From Tubiluchus corallicola (lineage: Eukaryota > Animalia > Priapulida): 64,000 nucleotides of DNA. Under the pieces are notes generated by a model, which was not told where the DNA came from, made no database searches, and was given only the letters and a program-made list of their open reading frames with translations. A program made the position numbers and the translations under genes. The DNA is taken from contig JAQGDQ010000590.1 of assembly GCA_030141605.1 (NCBI GenBank), positions 70,190 to 134,189 of the forward strand. Reading direction: 5' to 3'. Below are positions 13,851 through 24,445 of this stretch, piece by piece (the stretch's first letter is position 1; every line of letters starts with the position of its first letter).

Positions 13851-16800
13851 TTATTTATTTATTAAGAATGTCTCATATTTCTAATTTTCTAATCTGCCAA
13901 CCCTCTAATAAGGGCTGTTGCAATTTGGACTTACATACTATTACAATTGCAATTGTAATGGGGTATATGCTTGTGCTCAAATTAAGGCATTTTTTATGGC
14001 CAATTCTTGCCTGCCTTGTCAAACCTGCTCCCGCACTCCTATACAATACAGTTGTGAGGATGTTTACATAGTAAGCGTGTAATATCCTAGCTAGCAGCTA
14101 GCAAGCAGCACTTTACTGCTCGGCTGCTGTGACCTTGAGTCGTGCGCCATTATCCTGCTTTACAGCATGGCGTGTGCGCGTGAACATGTTTCCTAGTCAA
14201 CTGCTGACTTATACGTACAAAAAGCAATTTTTTAAAGCGTTCTAAAGCACAAATTGTTCAGTTGAAAATATACTAGTGTTTGCGGCCACCATGTTGCAGC
14301 CGCCGTCAGCTCAATTTGCTCAGATGTCTTTTGGTCCTGTGGTGAAAGTAGAATTGCGCGTGCAGTGTACGAACCTTCTCAGCAAGGACGTGTCCAGCAA
14401 AAGTGATCCAATGTTAGTGCTGGAAACGAAGGATGACCAACAGAAATGGTTTGAACTCGGCAGGACAGAAAACATGAAAAACGAGTTGAACCCGCAGTTT
14501 ACGAAAACGTTCGAACTTGATTACTTCTTCGAGGAGGTGCAAAAATTGCGGTTCTCTGTCTATGACGTTGACAACGAGACAGAGAGTTTACGCGATGACG
14601 ACTTTCTTGGTCGTATGAAAACGACTTTAGGTGCCATTGTATCTAGAACACCGTATGAGGAACAATTGTTGAGTAAGAAAGGGAGTCCGATTGAGGACAG
14701 TAAGATTAAGGTGAGTGCAGAAGAAATACGAGGTCCAAACGAATTCCTGCTCATGCAATGGAGAGGAAAGCAGCTGGATAAGAAAGACTTTCTCAACAAG
14801 AGCGATCCCTTCCTGGAATTTTTGAGGCTGTCCGCTTCCGGAAACTACGAGGTGGTCCATCGCACGGAGGTGATTCGGAATACGCTCAATCCTAATTGGA
14901 CGCCGGCAAAGATTTCTCTGAGAGCATTAGCAACGGGCGACAACGACTCAGAGATTCTGGTGCGATGTTTTGACGAAGATGATGACGGAAGTCACGACCT
15001 GATTGGTCAGTTTACCACGTCGCCGAGTGAACTTCGTGATGTTGCAGCCAATAACGCATCAAAAGAGTTTCAATGCATCAATCCGAAGAAGCAGGAGAAA
15101 AAGAAATACAAAAATTCCGGGATTATAGAACTTGTCTCCTGTAAGTTGGGAAGGGAACATACATTCCTGGATTACATATTTGGAGGACTACAACTCAACT
15201 TTACGGTCGGCTTTGATTTTACGGCATCAAACGGAAATCCGCTCGATCCCAATTCACTCCACTATATAAATCCACATCAACCAAATGAATACATGCTGGC
15301 CACCATGGCAGTGGGCAATGTGGTGCAAGATTATGACGCGGATAAAATGTTTCCGGTTCTTGGCTTCGGAGCCAGACTGCCTCCCAGTTGGCAACTCTCT
15401 CATGAGTTTGCGGTCAATTTTAATCCCACAAACCCGTTTTGCGCAGGCGTACAGGGCATCTTAGATGCGTACCGAAGCTGCGTAGCCCAAGTGCAGCTAT
15501 ACGGACCTACCAATGTGGCTCCTATTATTAACCACGTTGCTAATTTTGCATCTCAAGCATCAGTTCAAGGATATGCATCACATTATTACATCCTGTTACT
15601 ACTAACAGATGGCGCTATAACTGATATGGTTGAAACTACGTGTGCCATTGTTAACGCTTCTCGTTTGCCGATGTCCATTATCATTGTGGGCGTGGGCCCT
15701 GCTGATTTTACCGCCATGAATTTTTTGGATTCGGACGATGGGCTGCTGAGAACACCCTACGGACAGACGGCTCTGAGAGACATTGTCCAATTTGTTCCGT
15801 TCAGGAAGTTTGCTTCGACCAGCAAGGAGAGGATGGCAAAAGAGGTGCTTGCGGAGGTGCCGAGACAAGTTACTGATTACTTTACGAAACTCGGCATTCA
15901 ACCGTTGAATCAGCACCCGCCACCTAGCTGATAAGTGAATAAGCAGCTGCTAACAAGTTTGTGTTAAAATTGCAGTATACATAATTGCATATTCTGTTTT
16001 GTTAAAGGAAAGAACAAGTCACTCAGTATGTTGGGTTTATTTTACTGTTATTATTTAAACTGTTTGTGGTGTGCTAAAGGAAAGAACAAGTCACTCAGTA
16101 TGTTGGGTTCATTTTACTTTTATCACTTAAACTGTTTGTGGTGTGCTAAAGGAAAAGACAAGTCACTCAGCATGTTGGGTTTATTTTACTGTTATCACTT
16201 AAACTGTTTGTGGTGTGCTAAAGGAAAGAACAAGTCACTCAGCATGTTGGGTTTATTTTACTGTTATCACTTCAACTGTTTGTGGTGTGCTAAAGGAAAG
16301 GACAAGTCACTTAGCTTGTTGGGTTTATTTTACTGTTATCACTTCAACTGTTTGTGGTGTGCGAAAGGAAAGAACAAGTCACTCAGTACATTGGGTTAAT
16401 TTTATTGTTGCCACTTAAACTTTGAAAAATACAAAAAAGAAATATACAAGGCTCTGTCTAGAAAGCATAAATCTAAAATCTACCCGCTCTGAATGGAAAT
16501 TTTCCGACCTGGTGGTTGCCGCCATTCGTTTGACAATCACGGCGTAACTTGGAGACTTCGTGACTTTTAGTAAGCTCATCGTGGCTTTCCATAAACACGT
16601 GCTGTTTAAACTGATTCAAACTTCTGCAACTTACCTAATATTTGCACAAAAATGTTGCAAAATCAGTTTTTGTAAAAGCTTTACTATATTATACTTTTGA
16701 CGAAGACTGACAGTGCGCTACTTTTCTTCAAGACGTCATTGGTAGAAAAATGGGCATTCAAAATGGAAGCGCCCAAGCATGAAGTGATCGCGACTTTAAA

Positions 16801-19800
16801 TTGATTTTACTAATTACACGAGGCGCTTATGCAGTTTTATCGTAAAATCTTTCTAATTTTTTTGCAAACTTAGAAATAATCCTAACTTTCCAGAAGGTTT
16901 GACTTTTCCTTTAACTAATTAGTACTTTCATCTTCGTTATCAAATCTGTACAGCTTTACTGATGTTTTATTGTTTCTTGCCCATTTATTATAAATTTGGA
17001 CTTCAATAACAAAAACTGTAGTTGTCTGGAAATTATTAGATAGGCGTGTTAGAGATTTAAAGGAGACATGATGACTTTTCTTATACCACCTCATTTTCAA
17101 GTCCGATAAAAAGTATACATTTTAACACAATTAGTACTGCAAAAGCGTTTCTGATAATTAAGTAATAGATTAAAAACTTAATTAACAATGAGCAAGCCCA
17201 ACTACTGATGACATCACAAACTAACGTAATTTTCAACAACAGAAATATTCCATGAACGTGTTGCACGTGTTTATGAAAGAGAAAATTGAAGTACAGTGTT
17301 ACTGTAAGATACTCAGTGTGTTGTACGAAAACTAGGCAAGTTTTACGATAAAAATTCAAATTTAAAATTTACTGCTGTACTCGTGCATGAGCTGTTGACT
17401 GTGTGCAGTTTGTCACAAACTAACACAACTAAACTTAGAGGTACAGCACCTGTTTTTTGTTCAATGCGTTTCCGAGATGCAGACGCTAGTGCCCGTCTAA
17501 CTAGCTAAAGGCGATATGCGGGTAACAGTCAAGAACTAGTGGCGCGAACGTGAAATTGTGTTTGCGTGGTAATAATTCTTTCCGGTAGGTCATTCTTGAA
17601 AAAACAGCATGTTTCCTTTAAATATTTAAAAGAGTAGATTGTTTTGACCTACAGTTTAACATTGGGTCTGGTTTTGCTTTAACATTGTACCAGTATTTAC
17701 CATTTATATACGAATTATATTAGATTTACATGGATTCTTGTTCTAATGTTATTATGTGGATTAGCAGCTAATTTCCTGCCTTACTAGGTGGAATAATCAT
17801 ATAGAGGTAATCTCGAAACATGCGTGCCGTATATTTGAAACATATATTATACTGTCTATTTAAAATAAAATATTTAACAATACTTTATTTGAATTTAATT
17901 TAAAACGCTTAAGAAATTACTCACCATGTCGATAAGGAAAGTAAGAACAAAGCTCAAACTTTGTGTTGTTTGTGGTGTTGGTGTAGTGTGGTAGGCTTGA
18001 ATGATGCATTGTGGGTGGTATGGTGGTTTTGATTTGGTGTGGATGGTGTGGTGTGGTGAATGTCCTATGGATGGTGTGGTGTAGTGGATGTGGTGAGTGC
18101 TGTGGATGGTGTGTTGTGGTGGATGTGCTGTGGACAGTTTGGTGTAGTGGATGTGGTGAGTGTGCTGTGGTGGATGTACTGTGGATGGTGTGGTGAGTGT
18201 GCTGTGGATGGTGTGGTGGTGCAATGTGGGTAGTATGGTGTCATGGTGCAATGTGGGTAGTATGGTGTCGTGGTGCAATGTGGTTAGTACGGTGTGGTGG
18301 TGCAATGTGAGTAGTACAGTATCGTGGTGCAATATGGGTAGTATGGTGTGGTGGTGCGATGTTGGTAGTACGGTATGGTGGTGCAATGTGAGTAATACGG
18401 TATCGTGATGCAATGTGAGTAGTGTGGTGCAATGCCTGGGCTCCCACTTTATTACATTTAAAAAATATTATGCATATTTTATATCATTCCTAACTGATAC
18501 CTACAATTTGCATACACTGGTCTACTTTGTAAAGTGTGTTTTAAATCAAGTTGAAACCATTACTCCTAGTGGAGGCGCCACCTACCAAGATGGCATCCAG
18601 TGGATCAATTGTACGATCAGTTCTCTGTCACGCTACCCTCGTTTTTCTGGACCCATGTTGGTACCATACTTATACTTATATAGCAGGTATCGACATGGTT
18701 TCCTTTAAACGCTCTCTGTACAGAAGCCATATGTCGTACAAAGACATGCCATACATCGTTGGATTCGAAATAAAACGTGGAATATGATGCGTTGTGTCAA
18801 AGTCATGTGGCGAGTTTTGTTTACCTACTATACTGCAACGAATAGAATGTCCGGTCGAAAGTTTGACACACTGCTCAATGAAATCTGTCGAAATGTGTCT
18901 TGATTTAGCGTAAACTGACAATATTCTAGTAAATTCTTGCCAGTCAATGTTTTGGACAATTTTTGTTCAGCTACATTTACATGATCAGAAAATTTTAAGC
19001 ATGGTCTCGAGTTCTTCATTATTTACGATGCAGGTCGGATGTAGCGGATGTTGAGCATTCCGAGTCGGAATCCGATTCTCTCTCTCGACAGATGATGGAG
19101 GAACTGCATCGTGAGATGATGCTGGACATGCAAGGTCAGAAACAGCAACTGGACATGAACATGGAACAACAGTTGAAAGAAGCTTTAATGGTAAGTCCTG
19201 CCACAACAGCCGATGTACAACTGCGCATAATTAATTGCTTGATACAACAAACAATAAGCCTTTTCACAGTTCAAGGTTAAGTGTACCAGACAACACATTT
19301 GTGTACACTTGACGACGACTCGCAGCCCATGCTGTTGTAATAGTAACAGTTTTAACAACTAGCTAGAACCTTACCTATTTCATTTTTTCTTGTTCGCAAG
19401 TAAGATCCTGCTAGTAAATCACTCTACACAAAGATTAATGCGTAATTAAGTAGACTCCATGTAAAACAACAGATGTTATTGATCTGATGCAGCAGACGGC
19501 CTTGCTCTACCCACATGTCATGTGGGTGACACGCATAATTAAGTAAAATCCATGTAAAACAACTGACATTACTAAACTGAAGTGACAGACGGCTTTGCTT
19601 TACACACATCTCCTGTCACGGTTGTAGTTAAGACACACTGCCGGGGTCCACTTAACCTTTGACCTACAGCAACTACACATGCTTGCGAAAAGAGTTATTT
19701 ATATCTGGCATAGGGAAATATTTTAAGAAAAGGAAAGGTTGCTACCTATGCAAATGCTATTACAGACAACGGATGACTGTAACTTTTACCACATTGCCAT

Positions 19801-22800
19801 CAGTTTTACAGTGAATCATTGCTGCTTTCGACATCCCCATTATTCCACTGCTGCCTGCCACAGCCCCTGCTTTACACCACCATCTCGAGTACCAGCATCT
19901 TCATCAACATCAGCTTCATCATGTCATTTCAAAAGTAGTTTTGTTTTGTGCGGTATAATTCAAAGCATCTTGCAAAATATAGGATAAAAAACAGACTTCA
20001 CAACACTCTGCACGTTCAGCAATAACAGTAATCTTTTCTGCATGCTTTGCCCAAGTTTTTAACTGTATTCCAGCTCACTTTCAGCAATAACAGCAATCTT
20101 TTCTGCAAGTTTTGTCCAAGTTTTTAACTGTATTCCAGCTCACATTCAGCAATAACGCCAATCTTTTCTGCAAGTTTTGTCCAAGTTTTTAACTGTATTC
20201 CAGCTCACATTCAGCAATAACAGTAATCTTTTCTGCAAGTTTTGTCATAGTTTTCAACTGTATTCCAGCTCACATTCAGCAATAACAGTAATCTTTTCTG
20301 CAAGTTTTGTCCAAACATTTTAACTGTATTCCAGCTCACATTCAGCAATAAGAGCAATCTTTTCTGCAAGTTTTGTGCAAATTTTTAACTGTATTCTGGC
20401 TCACATTCAGTAATAACAGTAATCTTTTCTGCAGATAGGCTGTTGGCATTTTGTTTCTTAATATTAAGTTTTTAGTCGACAGAGGACAGCACCACTGTTT
20501 ATTTTCAGTAGCCTCATTCATAAAGTGTACCTTGCATATGCACTTATTATTGTTATTGGCATATATGTCCTTAATTTGGATATTAAGCATGATGGTACAG
20601 TCTTATCATAGAGACAGCATAAAGGTTTATAAAAATTCTACAATGCAGGGAGAATTCAGTATTTCAATTCATGAAAGAAAAATTCCTTATGGTTACTGAA
20701 CAATTGCATCTTTTTCATAGGAACAAAGAAAAAGTTTTCTAGCTCAACTGGCAGCCATTAGTGACATGTCAGAGGCAGAACTACAGGCTGCAGTGGAAGA
20801 TATTGTAGCTAGTACGTATTTCTTCATTAATTATGGTATAATTACTCCTTCTGTAGCTTCGTTCGACAGCAAATAATGCAATTACTTTTTCAAGTTTCCC
20901 CTAGATGGCAGACAAAACAAATCGGTTCGTCACCATAGCAACGCCAACTTTACCAATGCCCTTTCTTTGTTGTTGGAAGGTACAGGAAGACAATGCGTGT
21001 TACAAACACCATAGCAACCTCTTGTTCCAGCTAAGCTACGGCTTGCTGCTGTGTGAAATTTTAAAAAAATTTCTCTTGCTTGAGCAAATCCGCTAATACC
21101 CTTTAAAAGAGGTTTATTTATAGTACAAAACTGCATAAAACGCTTGATGAATTTACTCTAAACTCACAAAAACCTTAAAAAAGTTCTTGTCACAAAAATG
21201 TGATCATTACAGAGCTTAAGAATCGTCTTAATAGATCTGCTGGCTGTCTTTACCGGTAAATGAAGGAATTTTGTTCAAAAACTGAAATTTCTATAGGTTT
21301 TACATGTCAAATATAGACCTACATTAAGACAAATGTAGATTTAGGTAACTCAAATGTAGACTTGGGTAGTTCAAATGGTTTTCAAGAAATCTTAAGCGTT
21401 TTTGGTAAGTCAAATGTGGACACATGTCAAGTCAAATGTGACATTGGTATCTCAAATGTGGATAGGTGGTAAAGTCTAAGGATGTTAAATTTAATCTCCT
21501 TTAATCTTAATTTAATAATTGCTGTGAAAATAACTTTATAGGTCTACTAATAGTTCACTAATATTCTGTAAACTTTACATACCATTGGAACTGTTAGAGA
21601 AAACAATACATTCTTAAAATAAACAATGTTTCTTGAGAGAAACTAATTCATTCATGCAGTGCTAATGTATTACTTAAAAACTAGTTAGTGATTCACTGTT
21701 CATTGGGAAGTGGGAACCAATTTATTCTTTGCTACTGACGTTACGGTTTATCAAAGAATTTAGGCTGAGGATAAACAACGCATTTTTCAAAGTTATGAAA
21801 GAGGTGATGACTATCTTTGGTTTATCGTTTCGCAATTTACACTCAAATGAGTTAATTGCCGATTTATTCAAAGTAATGCATCTACATTTGACTTACCTAA
21901 GTCACATTTGAACTTTCCTGTGTTTACATTTGACGTGTAAAACTTTTAAATGGCCAGCAAGTTAATCAGGTGTAATAATGAAACTGTAATGTAATTGCAC
22001 TATTTGTGATTGTTTGATATGTTTTTCTTATGTCAGTGTGAGTGGCAACTCGTAGCTAAAATTACTGGGAGTGCTTCTATACAAAATTCTTTAGCCATTT
22101 TAATACTTTGTAAAACGAAACAAACACGTGTGATTTTGATGTTGTAATTGTAATTTTAAACAAACAAACATACGAACATTTATACATAACTTGATAAAAT
22201 CCTAAACAAAAAGATATTTTTTGCTTACTAATAGCCCTAAATTGTCACAGTAGAAGCTTGATCCACTAACGGTAAACATGTGACAACTGAAAACAAACTG
22301 TGTGAGCGACAGTACTTTCTCTACCTGGACTCAGTCATGTGCACATGGCCACATGAACCCAACAGCCAAACATCGCATTGCTGCAATGCACTGTACTGGG
22401 CTGATAAGTAAACCGTTCTACCCTCATGTGCTCTGGCTCTGTACAAGTATAAAGAAAGAACTAAAGAAAAAAGACTCATTATATTGAATATTATCGATAA
22501 TATCAAGTGAAAATAGGGGGTCTTGCAGTTCCACAGTACCTATACGCGAGCTGCCACTAATCACTGTATTAACAAATGAATACTTCTGTCATAACCAGAG
22601 CTTTGACGTTAAAGGAAAGGACAAGTCACTCAGTATGTTGAGTTTATTTTACTGTTATGAGATTAAACTTAGAAAAATATAACAAAGAAAGAATGCATAA
22701 ATTTAATTGACATTTCCACTGTGCAGAAATTTTCAGGCACGATGGTAGCCGCCATTCACTTGTAAACTATGACATAACTGGTGGACTTTTAGTAAGCGCC

Positions 22801-23566
22801 TTGTGTCTTTTCATAGGCTGCTTAAAGTAATTCAAACTTCTGCACTTAACCTAGTATTCATGCAAATGGTTCACAAAATCTAATCTTTTGTAAAATCTTT
22901 TCAACCTTTGATGCAAATTGACTGCTTTTCTTAAATCGATGAATGACGTCATTGGTGGAAGAATGGGTGTTCAAAATATGAGCGGTCAAGCGTGAAAAGA
23001 CGTCATTGGTGGAAAAATGGGTGTTCAAAATATGAGCGCTCAAGTCGACGAATGACGTCATTGGTGGAAGAATGGGTGATCAAAATATGAGCGCTCAAGT
23101 CGACGAATGACGTCATTGGTGGTTGAATGGGTGATCAAAATATGAGCACTCATGCGTGAAATTACCGGGATTTTAAAGTGATTTTACTAATTAAATGACT
23201 CCCTTTTCATACTCTTATTACTAAATCTTTCTAACGTTTTCCACGTATATTGAAATCAACCTGACTTTCCAGAATTCTTGACCTTTCCTTTAAATCTAGA
23301 TTAAAAATCCGTTAACTTTGTCCGGAATGAACAAATTATCGACACGTAAACTAAACAGGAAGCTTTTCTTTACAGAAGGGAGCAACAAGGAGAGCCGGAA
23401 ACAGGCCAAGCAGCTGATAAGAGATCTAAAGAAGAGGCTGAAAGAGGCGAGGGAGAAACTGTACAAAGCAGAAAAGAACGAGAGAAGGAGGAAAGGAGAT
23501 GGTAGCAACAACGGCAAACGTGATGTTGATGATGGTGGCGGCGACACAGAGAATAAAAACTTGTGA
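238..23566 (+). CDS. EVC: EVC-like (Ellis-van Creveld complex) coiled-coil protein, 3' part (14 exons, ~547 aa in window; 5' exons lie upstream of the window)
   Basis: Exons 238-386, 1012-1110, 1900-2041, 2999-3066, 4251-4360, 5657-5746, 7122-7236, 8389-8532, 9588-9650, 10835-11010, 12502-12552, 19034-19190, 20721-20811 and 23376-23566 all have AG/GT boundaries and phase-match into one stop-free frame ending TGA at 23564-23566. Segments such as DRLSDREKRWEEEYAATEAEQTSLTEYQD, ARRNAAIQR and MEQQLKEALMEQRKSFLAQLAAIS resemble, in order, the C-terminal half of vertebrate EVC as I recall it (not database-checked). Confidence 0.78.
495..972. repeat. (GA)n / purine-rich microsatellite
   Basis: Direct reading; explains ORFs 261-1135. 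Confidence 0.97.
1012..1110 (+). CDS. EVC: EVC-like exon (SYRDYIEKQK...FDKLLK)
   Basis: ttttcag| and |gtaaag; 99 nt, phase 0/0. Confidence 0.85.
1340..1930 (+). repeat. 63-bp minisatellite (with shorter variants) containing the EVC 3' splice site and first 30 exon nt
   Basis: Unit ctcacaattaatgcaatgagttNtttttttcag|gacRttaaaattcagagggacaaggagtta; AG ends at 1710, 1773, 1836 and 1899. Confidence 0.95.
1900..2041 (+). CDS. EVC: EVC-like exon (DVKIQRDKELQTADEAF...MRSFT); alternative in-frame acceptors at 1710/1773/1836
   Basis: tttccag| and |gtatgt; phase 0/1; the acceptor is tandemly repeated upstream. Confidence 0.8.
2265..2982. repeat. 18-bp minisatellite (gatagatcttcgcgtatt), about 40 copies
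   Basis: Direct reading; explains ORFs 2158-3123. Confidence 0.95.
2999..3066 (+). CDS. EVC: EVC-like exon (AKELEKQQYAAILQDRLSDREK)
   Basis: cttacag| and |gtgaga; phase 1/0. Confidence 0.85.
3470..3945 (+). mobile_element. Non-LTR retrotransposon (LINE) 3' relic, post-RT CCHC-type region
   Basis: ORF 3560-3919 reads FTKLRFSSQSLAIETGRH...ERYSTQC...IEDKTHLHLHCSRYEQLR, a degraded LINE ORF2 C-terminal motif; AATAAA follows. Confidence 0.75.
4251..4360 (+). CDS. EVC: EVC-like exon (RWEEEYAATEAEQ...MGVDK)
   Basis: tgcag| and |gtaagt; phase 0/2. Confidence 0.85.
4790..5210 (+). mobile_element. hAT-like non-autonomous element relic, inserted into a family C MITE
   Basis: Starts TAGGGTTGCCAGAT with repeated GGGACA subterminal motifs; the host MITE resumes near 5548. 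Confidence 0.5.
5657..5746 (+). CDS. EVC: EVC-like exon (ARTQILTEHQHNMQMLNNKL...)
   Basis: ttttcag| and |gtgagt; phase 2/2. Confidence 0.85.
6640..7075 (+). mobile_element. Interspersed repeat family G (also 9940-10645, internally duplicated, and 3185-3285 inverted)
   Basis: Shared blocks agagccatctactg, gttgctaagtgttttgtaga and cacctcaac..gtggatt..ctcagcttagaaata. Confidence 0.75.
7122..7236 (+). CDS. EVC: EVC-like exon (LVRKLNTKRAQL...MDKSY)
   Basis: ttttctag| and |gtgagt; phase 2/0. Confidence 0.85.
7300..7910 (-). mobile_element. MITE family A (TTAA-flanked, AGG...CCT ends; Kolobok-like)
   Basis: ttaa|aggaaa...gtcttcct|ttaa; inverted homolog of 17057-17682 and 30056-30620. Confidence 0.75.
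8389..8532 (+). CDS. EVC: EVC-like exon (GEIEMQERTLQLEYEQ...IGRQQ)
   Basis: ttgcag| and |gtacgc; phase 0/0. Confidence 0.85.
8963..9471 (+). mobile_element. hAT-like MITE family D (also 22040-22558, 43535-43829 inverted, 47628-47819)
   Basis: CAGTGGCG...CCGCCA(C/A)TG ends; shared internal aaagaactaaagaaaaaagact and gcagttccacagtacctatac. Confidence 0.75.
9588..9650 (+). CDS. EVC: EVC-like exon (VGRARRNAAIQRQDKTIQQLE)
   Basis: gttttag| and |gttagt; phase 0/0. Confidence 0.85.
10835..11010 (+). CDS. EVC: EVC-like exon (AQIADRVVQADS...KKLLKE)
   Basis: attcag| and |gtattg; phase 0/2. Confidence 0.85.
11060..11477. mobile_element. MITE with about 20-bp terminal inverted repeats
   Basis: CACATCTCGGTTTGCCGGAC ... 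GTCCGGGAAACCGAGATGTG. Confidence 0.75.
12222..12830. repeat. (GT)n / (GTAT)n microsatellites flanking exon 12502-12552
   Basis: Direct reading (12222-12355 and 12620-12830). Confidence 0.95.
12502..12552 (+). CDS. EVC: EVC-like exon (NAESVHNVPVHETKHR)
   Basis: ttggcag| and |gtaagt; phase 2/2. Confidence 0.75.
14291..15931 (+). CDS. CPNE: Copine (CPNE1/3-like), intronless, 546 aa; C2A-C2B-vWA
   Basis: Single ORF with ATG in a perfect Kozak context (GCCACCATG) at 14291. C2 motifs KDVSSKSDP / YDVD...DDDFLG and KKDFLNKSDP / FDEDDDGSHDLIG; vWA motifs DFTASNG, YGPTN, LLLTDG, RDIVQFVPFR. Confidence 0.95.
   Translation: MLQPPSAQFAQMSFGPVVKVELRVQCTNLLSKDVSSKSDPMLVLETKDDQQKWFELGRTENMKNELNPQFTKTFELDYFFEEVQKLRFSVYDVDNETESLRDDDFLGRMKTTLGAIVSRTPYEEQLLSKKGSPIEDSKIKVSAEEIRGPNEFLLMQWRGKQLDKKDFLNKSDPFLEFLRLSASGNYEVVHRTEVIRNTLNPNWTPAKISLRALATGDNDSEILVRCFDEDDDGSHDLIGQFTTSPSELRDVAANNASKEFQCINPKKQEKKKYKNSGIIELVSCKLGREHTFLDYIFGGLQLNFTVGFDFTASNGNPLDPNSLHYINPHQPNEYMLATMAVGNVVQDYDADKMFPVLGFGARLPPSWQLSHEFAVNFNPTNPFCAGVQGILDAYRSCVAQVQLYGPTNVAPIINHVANFASQASVQGYASHYYILLLLTDGAITDMVETTCAIVNASRLPMSIIIVGVGPADFTAMNFLDSDDGLLRTPYGQTALRDIVQFVPFRKFASTSKERMAKEVLAEVPRQVTDYFTKLGIQPLNQHPPPS
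16002..16914 (+). mobile_element. MITE family B whose left 72 bp are tandemly amplified about 6 times
   Basis: ttaa|aggaaagaacaagtca...tttgacttttcct|ttaa; homolog at 22609-23293. Confidence 0.8.
17057..17682 (+). mobile_element. MITE family A copy
   Basis: ttaa|aggagacatg...gttttgct|ttaa; collinear with 30056-30620. Confidence 0.8.
17960..18432. repeat. GT-rich degenerate minisatellite (about 27-bp units)
   Basis: gtggtgcaatgtgggtagta repeats. Confidence 0.85.
19034..19190 (+). CDS. EVC: EVC-like exon (SDVADVEHSES...QLKEALM)
   Basis: atgcag| and |gtaagt; phase 2/0, matching the phase of exon 12502-12552. Confidence 0.8.
19270..19680 (+). mobile_element. MITE family E (inverted copy at 50240-50570)
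   Basis: tcaaggttaagtg...cacttaacctttga terminal inverted repeat; internal homology to 50240-50570. Confidence 0.7.
20014..20432. repeat. 65-bp minisatellite, about 6.5 copies
   Basis: aactgtattcc recurs at 20061, 20126, 20191 and onward. Confidence 0.9.
20721..20811 (+). CDS. EVC: EVC-like exon (EQRKSFLAQLAAISDMS...)
   Basis: tttcatag| and |gtacgt; phase 0/1. Confidence 0.85.
22609..23293 (+). mobile_element. MITE family B copy with an internal 54-55-bp x4 amplification
   Basis: ttaa|aggaaaggacaag...cttgacctttcct|ttaa. Confidence 0.8.
23376..23566 (+). CDS. EVC: EVC-like terminal coding exon (GSNKESRKQAKQLIRDLKKRL...KNL*)
   Basis: ctttacag|, phase 1; TGA at 23564-23566; AATAAA signals downstream at about 23796-23865. 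Confidence 0.8.
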
Positions 23567-23879
23567 ATATCTGTGATTTTTAGCATAGATTCTAGTTATG
23601 TTAAACCACAGTGATCTTAAAAGAATTTTAATTGCATTTCTAGTCACTGTATATAATTAATTTACAATAGTTTGACTTTTAAAAGCAGTAGCTCAAACCT
23701 TCTGAAAACACAGATGTAACAATGAATTTAGTTAACAATGTACAAGATAAAATTACAAGATGATGTATAAAGCACTCAATGTATGCCAGCAAAACAATAA
23801 AGAAATCAATTAATTTGTATCACATCAGAAAATAAAACATTGATTAAGTTTTTGTTGTCAATAAAAATGGGACTTAACC

Positions 23880-24445
23880 ATGCTGTATAAAAATGTAAAC
23901 TTAAACTTTCGTGTTGACCGCTAGACGTAGCCATTCTGACGCTAAATCATTTGAAACAAGTTTAAATAACAGTAAAGTTTGGAAAAATAATCAGACCTTG
24001 CGTAGCATACATGTTACTAACTGCATAAAATTTAAAATTACTTGTGAATAAGATTAAAAATACATTTATGATTAGTGATTGGCGCACCCTGGAGGGTGAT
24101 TCAGTGACATTTTACAATTTGGTGAAAACATTTAAATAATTAATAATTTTCTTTTCTAGTTACATAAGTCTTTCCAGCAGGTAAGCATAATGCTAAGTGA
24201 TGTAGATTTGCACGGAAAGTTTTTTGGGTCATAATTTAACATTGCCTTTTCTTCCTCTGATTTACGTGGCGCAGTGACGTCATGTAATGGCGACTTCGGA
24301 ACAGTATTGCGGGAGATTTAAAATGAAAACAAACAAAAATTCCTTTCAATGCGAGCGCCATATACGCATAAAATTGCTGTAAAGTCATATAATTTTTGAA
24401 GGCGATTTTTCTGAAACTTCAGGTACCCCTTTTCTTGTCCTTTAA
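23880..24445 (-). mobile_element. MITE family C (also 49181-49815 and 55258-55897; fragments 4365-4790, 11500-11950, 32040-32390 + 33340-33430)
   Basis: Ends ttcttgtcct|ttaa; reverse complement of the ttaa|aggacaag...ggggtacct copies. Confidence 0.8.

Noticed and set aside
12553-14291. EVC-copine fusion by splicing to the ttgttcag at 14261
   Set aside because: With the phase-2 donor the next codon is TGA, so there is no in-frame fusion; the track's GTG start at 14276 is also less likely than the Kozak ATG at 14291.
16028-16418. Cys-rich repeat protein after copine
   Set aside because: Translation of the 72-bp amplified MITE end.
18551-19092. ORF 18551-18787 as an EVC exon, and an acceptor at 19091
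   Set aside because: Not needed and phase-incompatible; the acceptor at 19033 joins exon 12502-12552 in frame.
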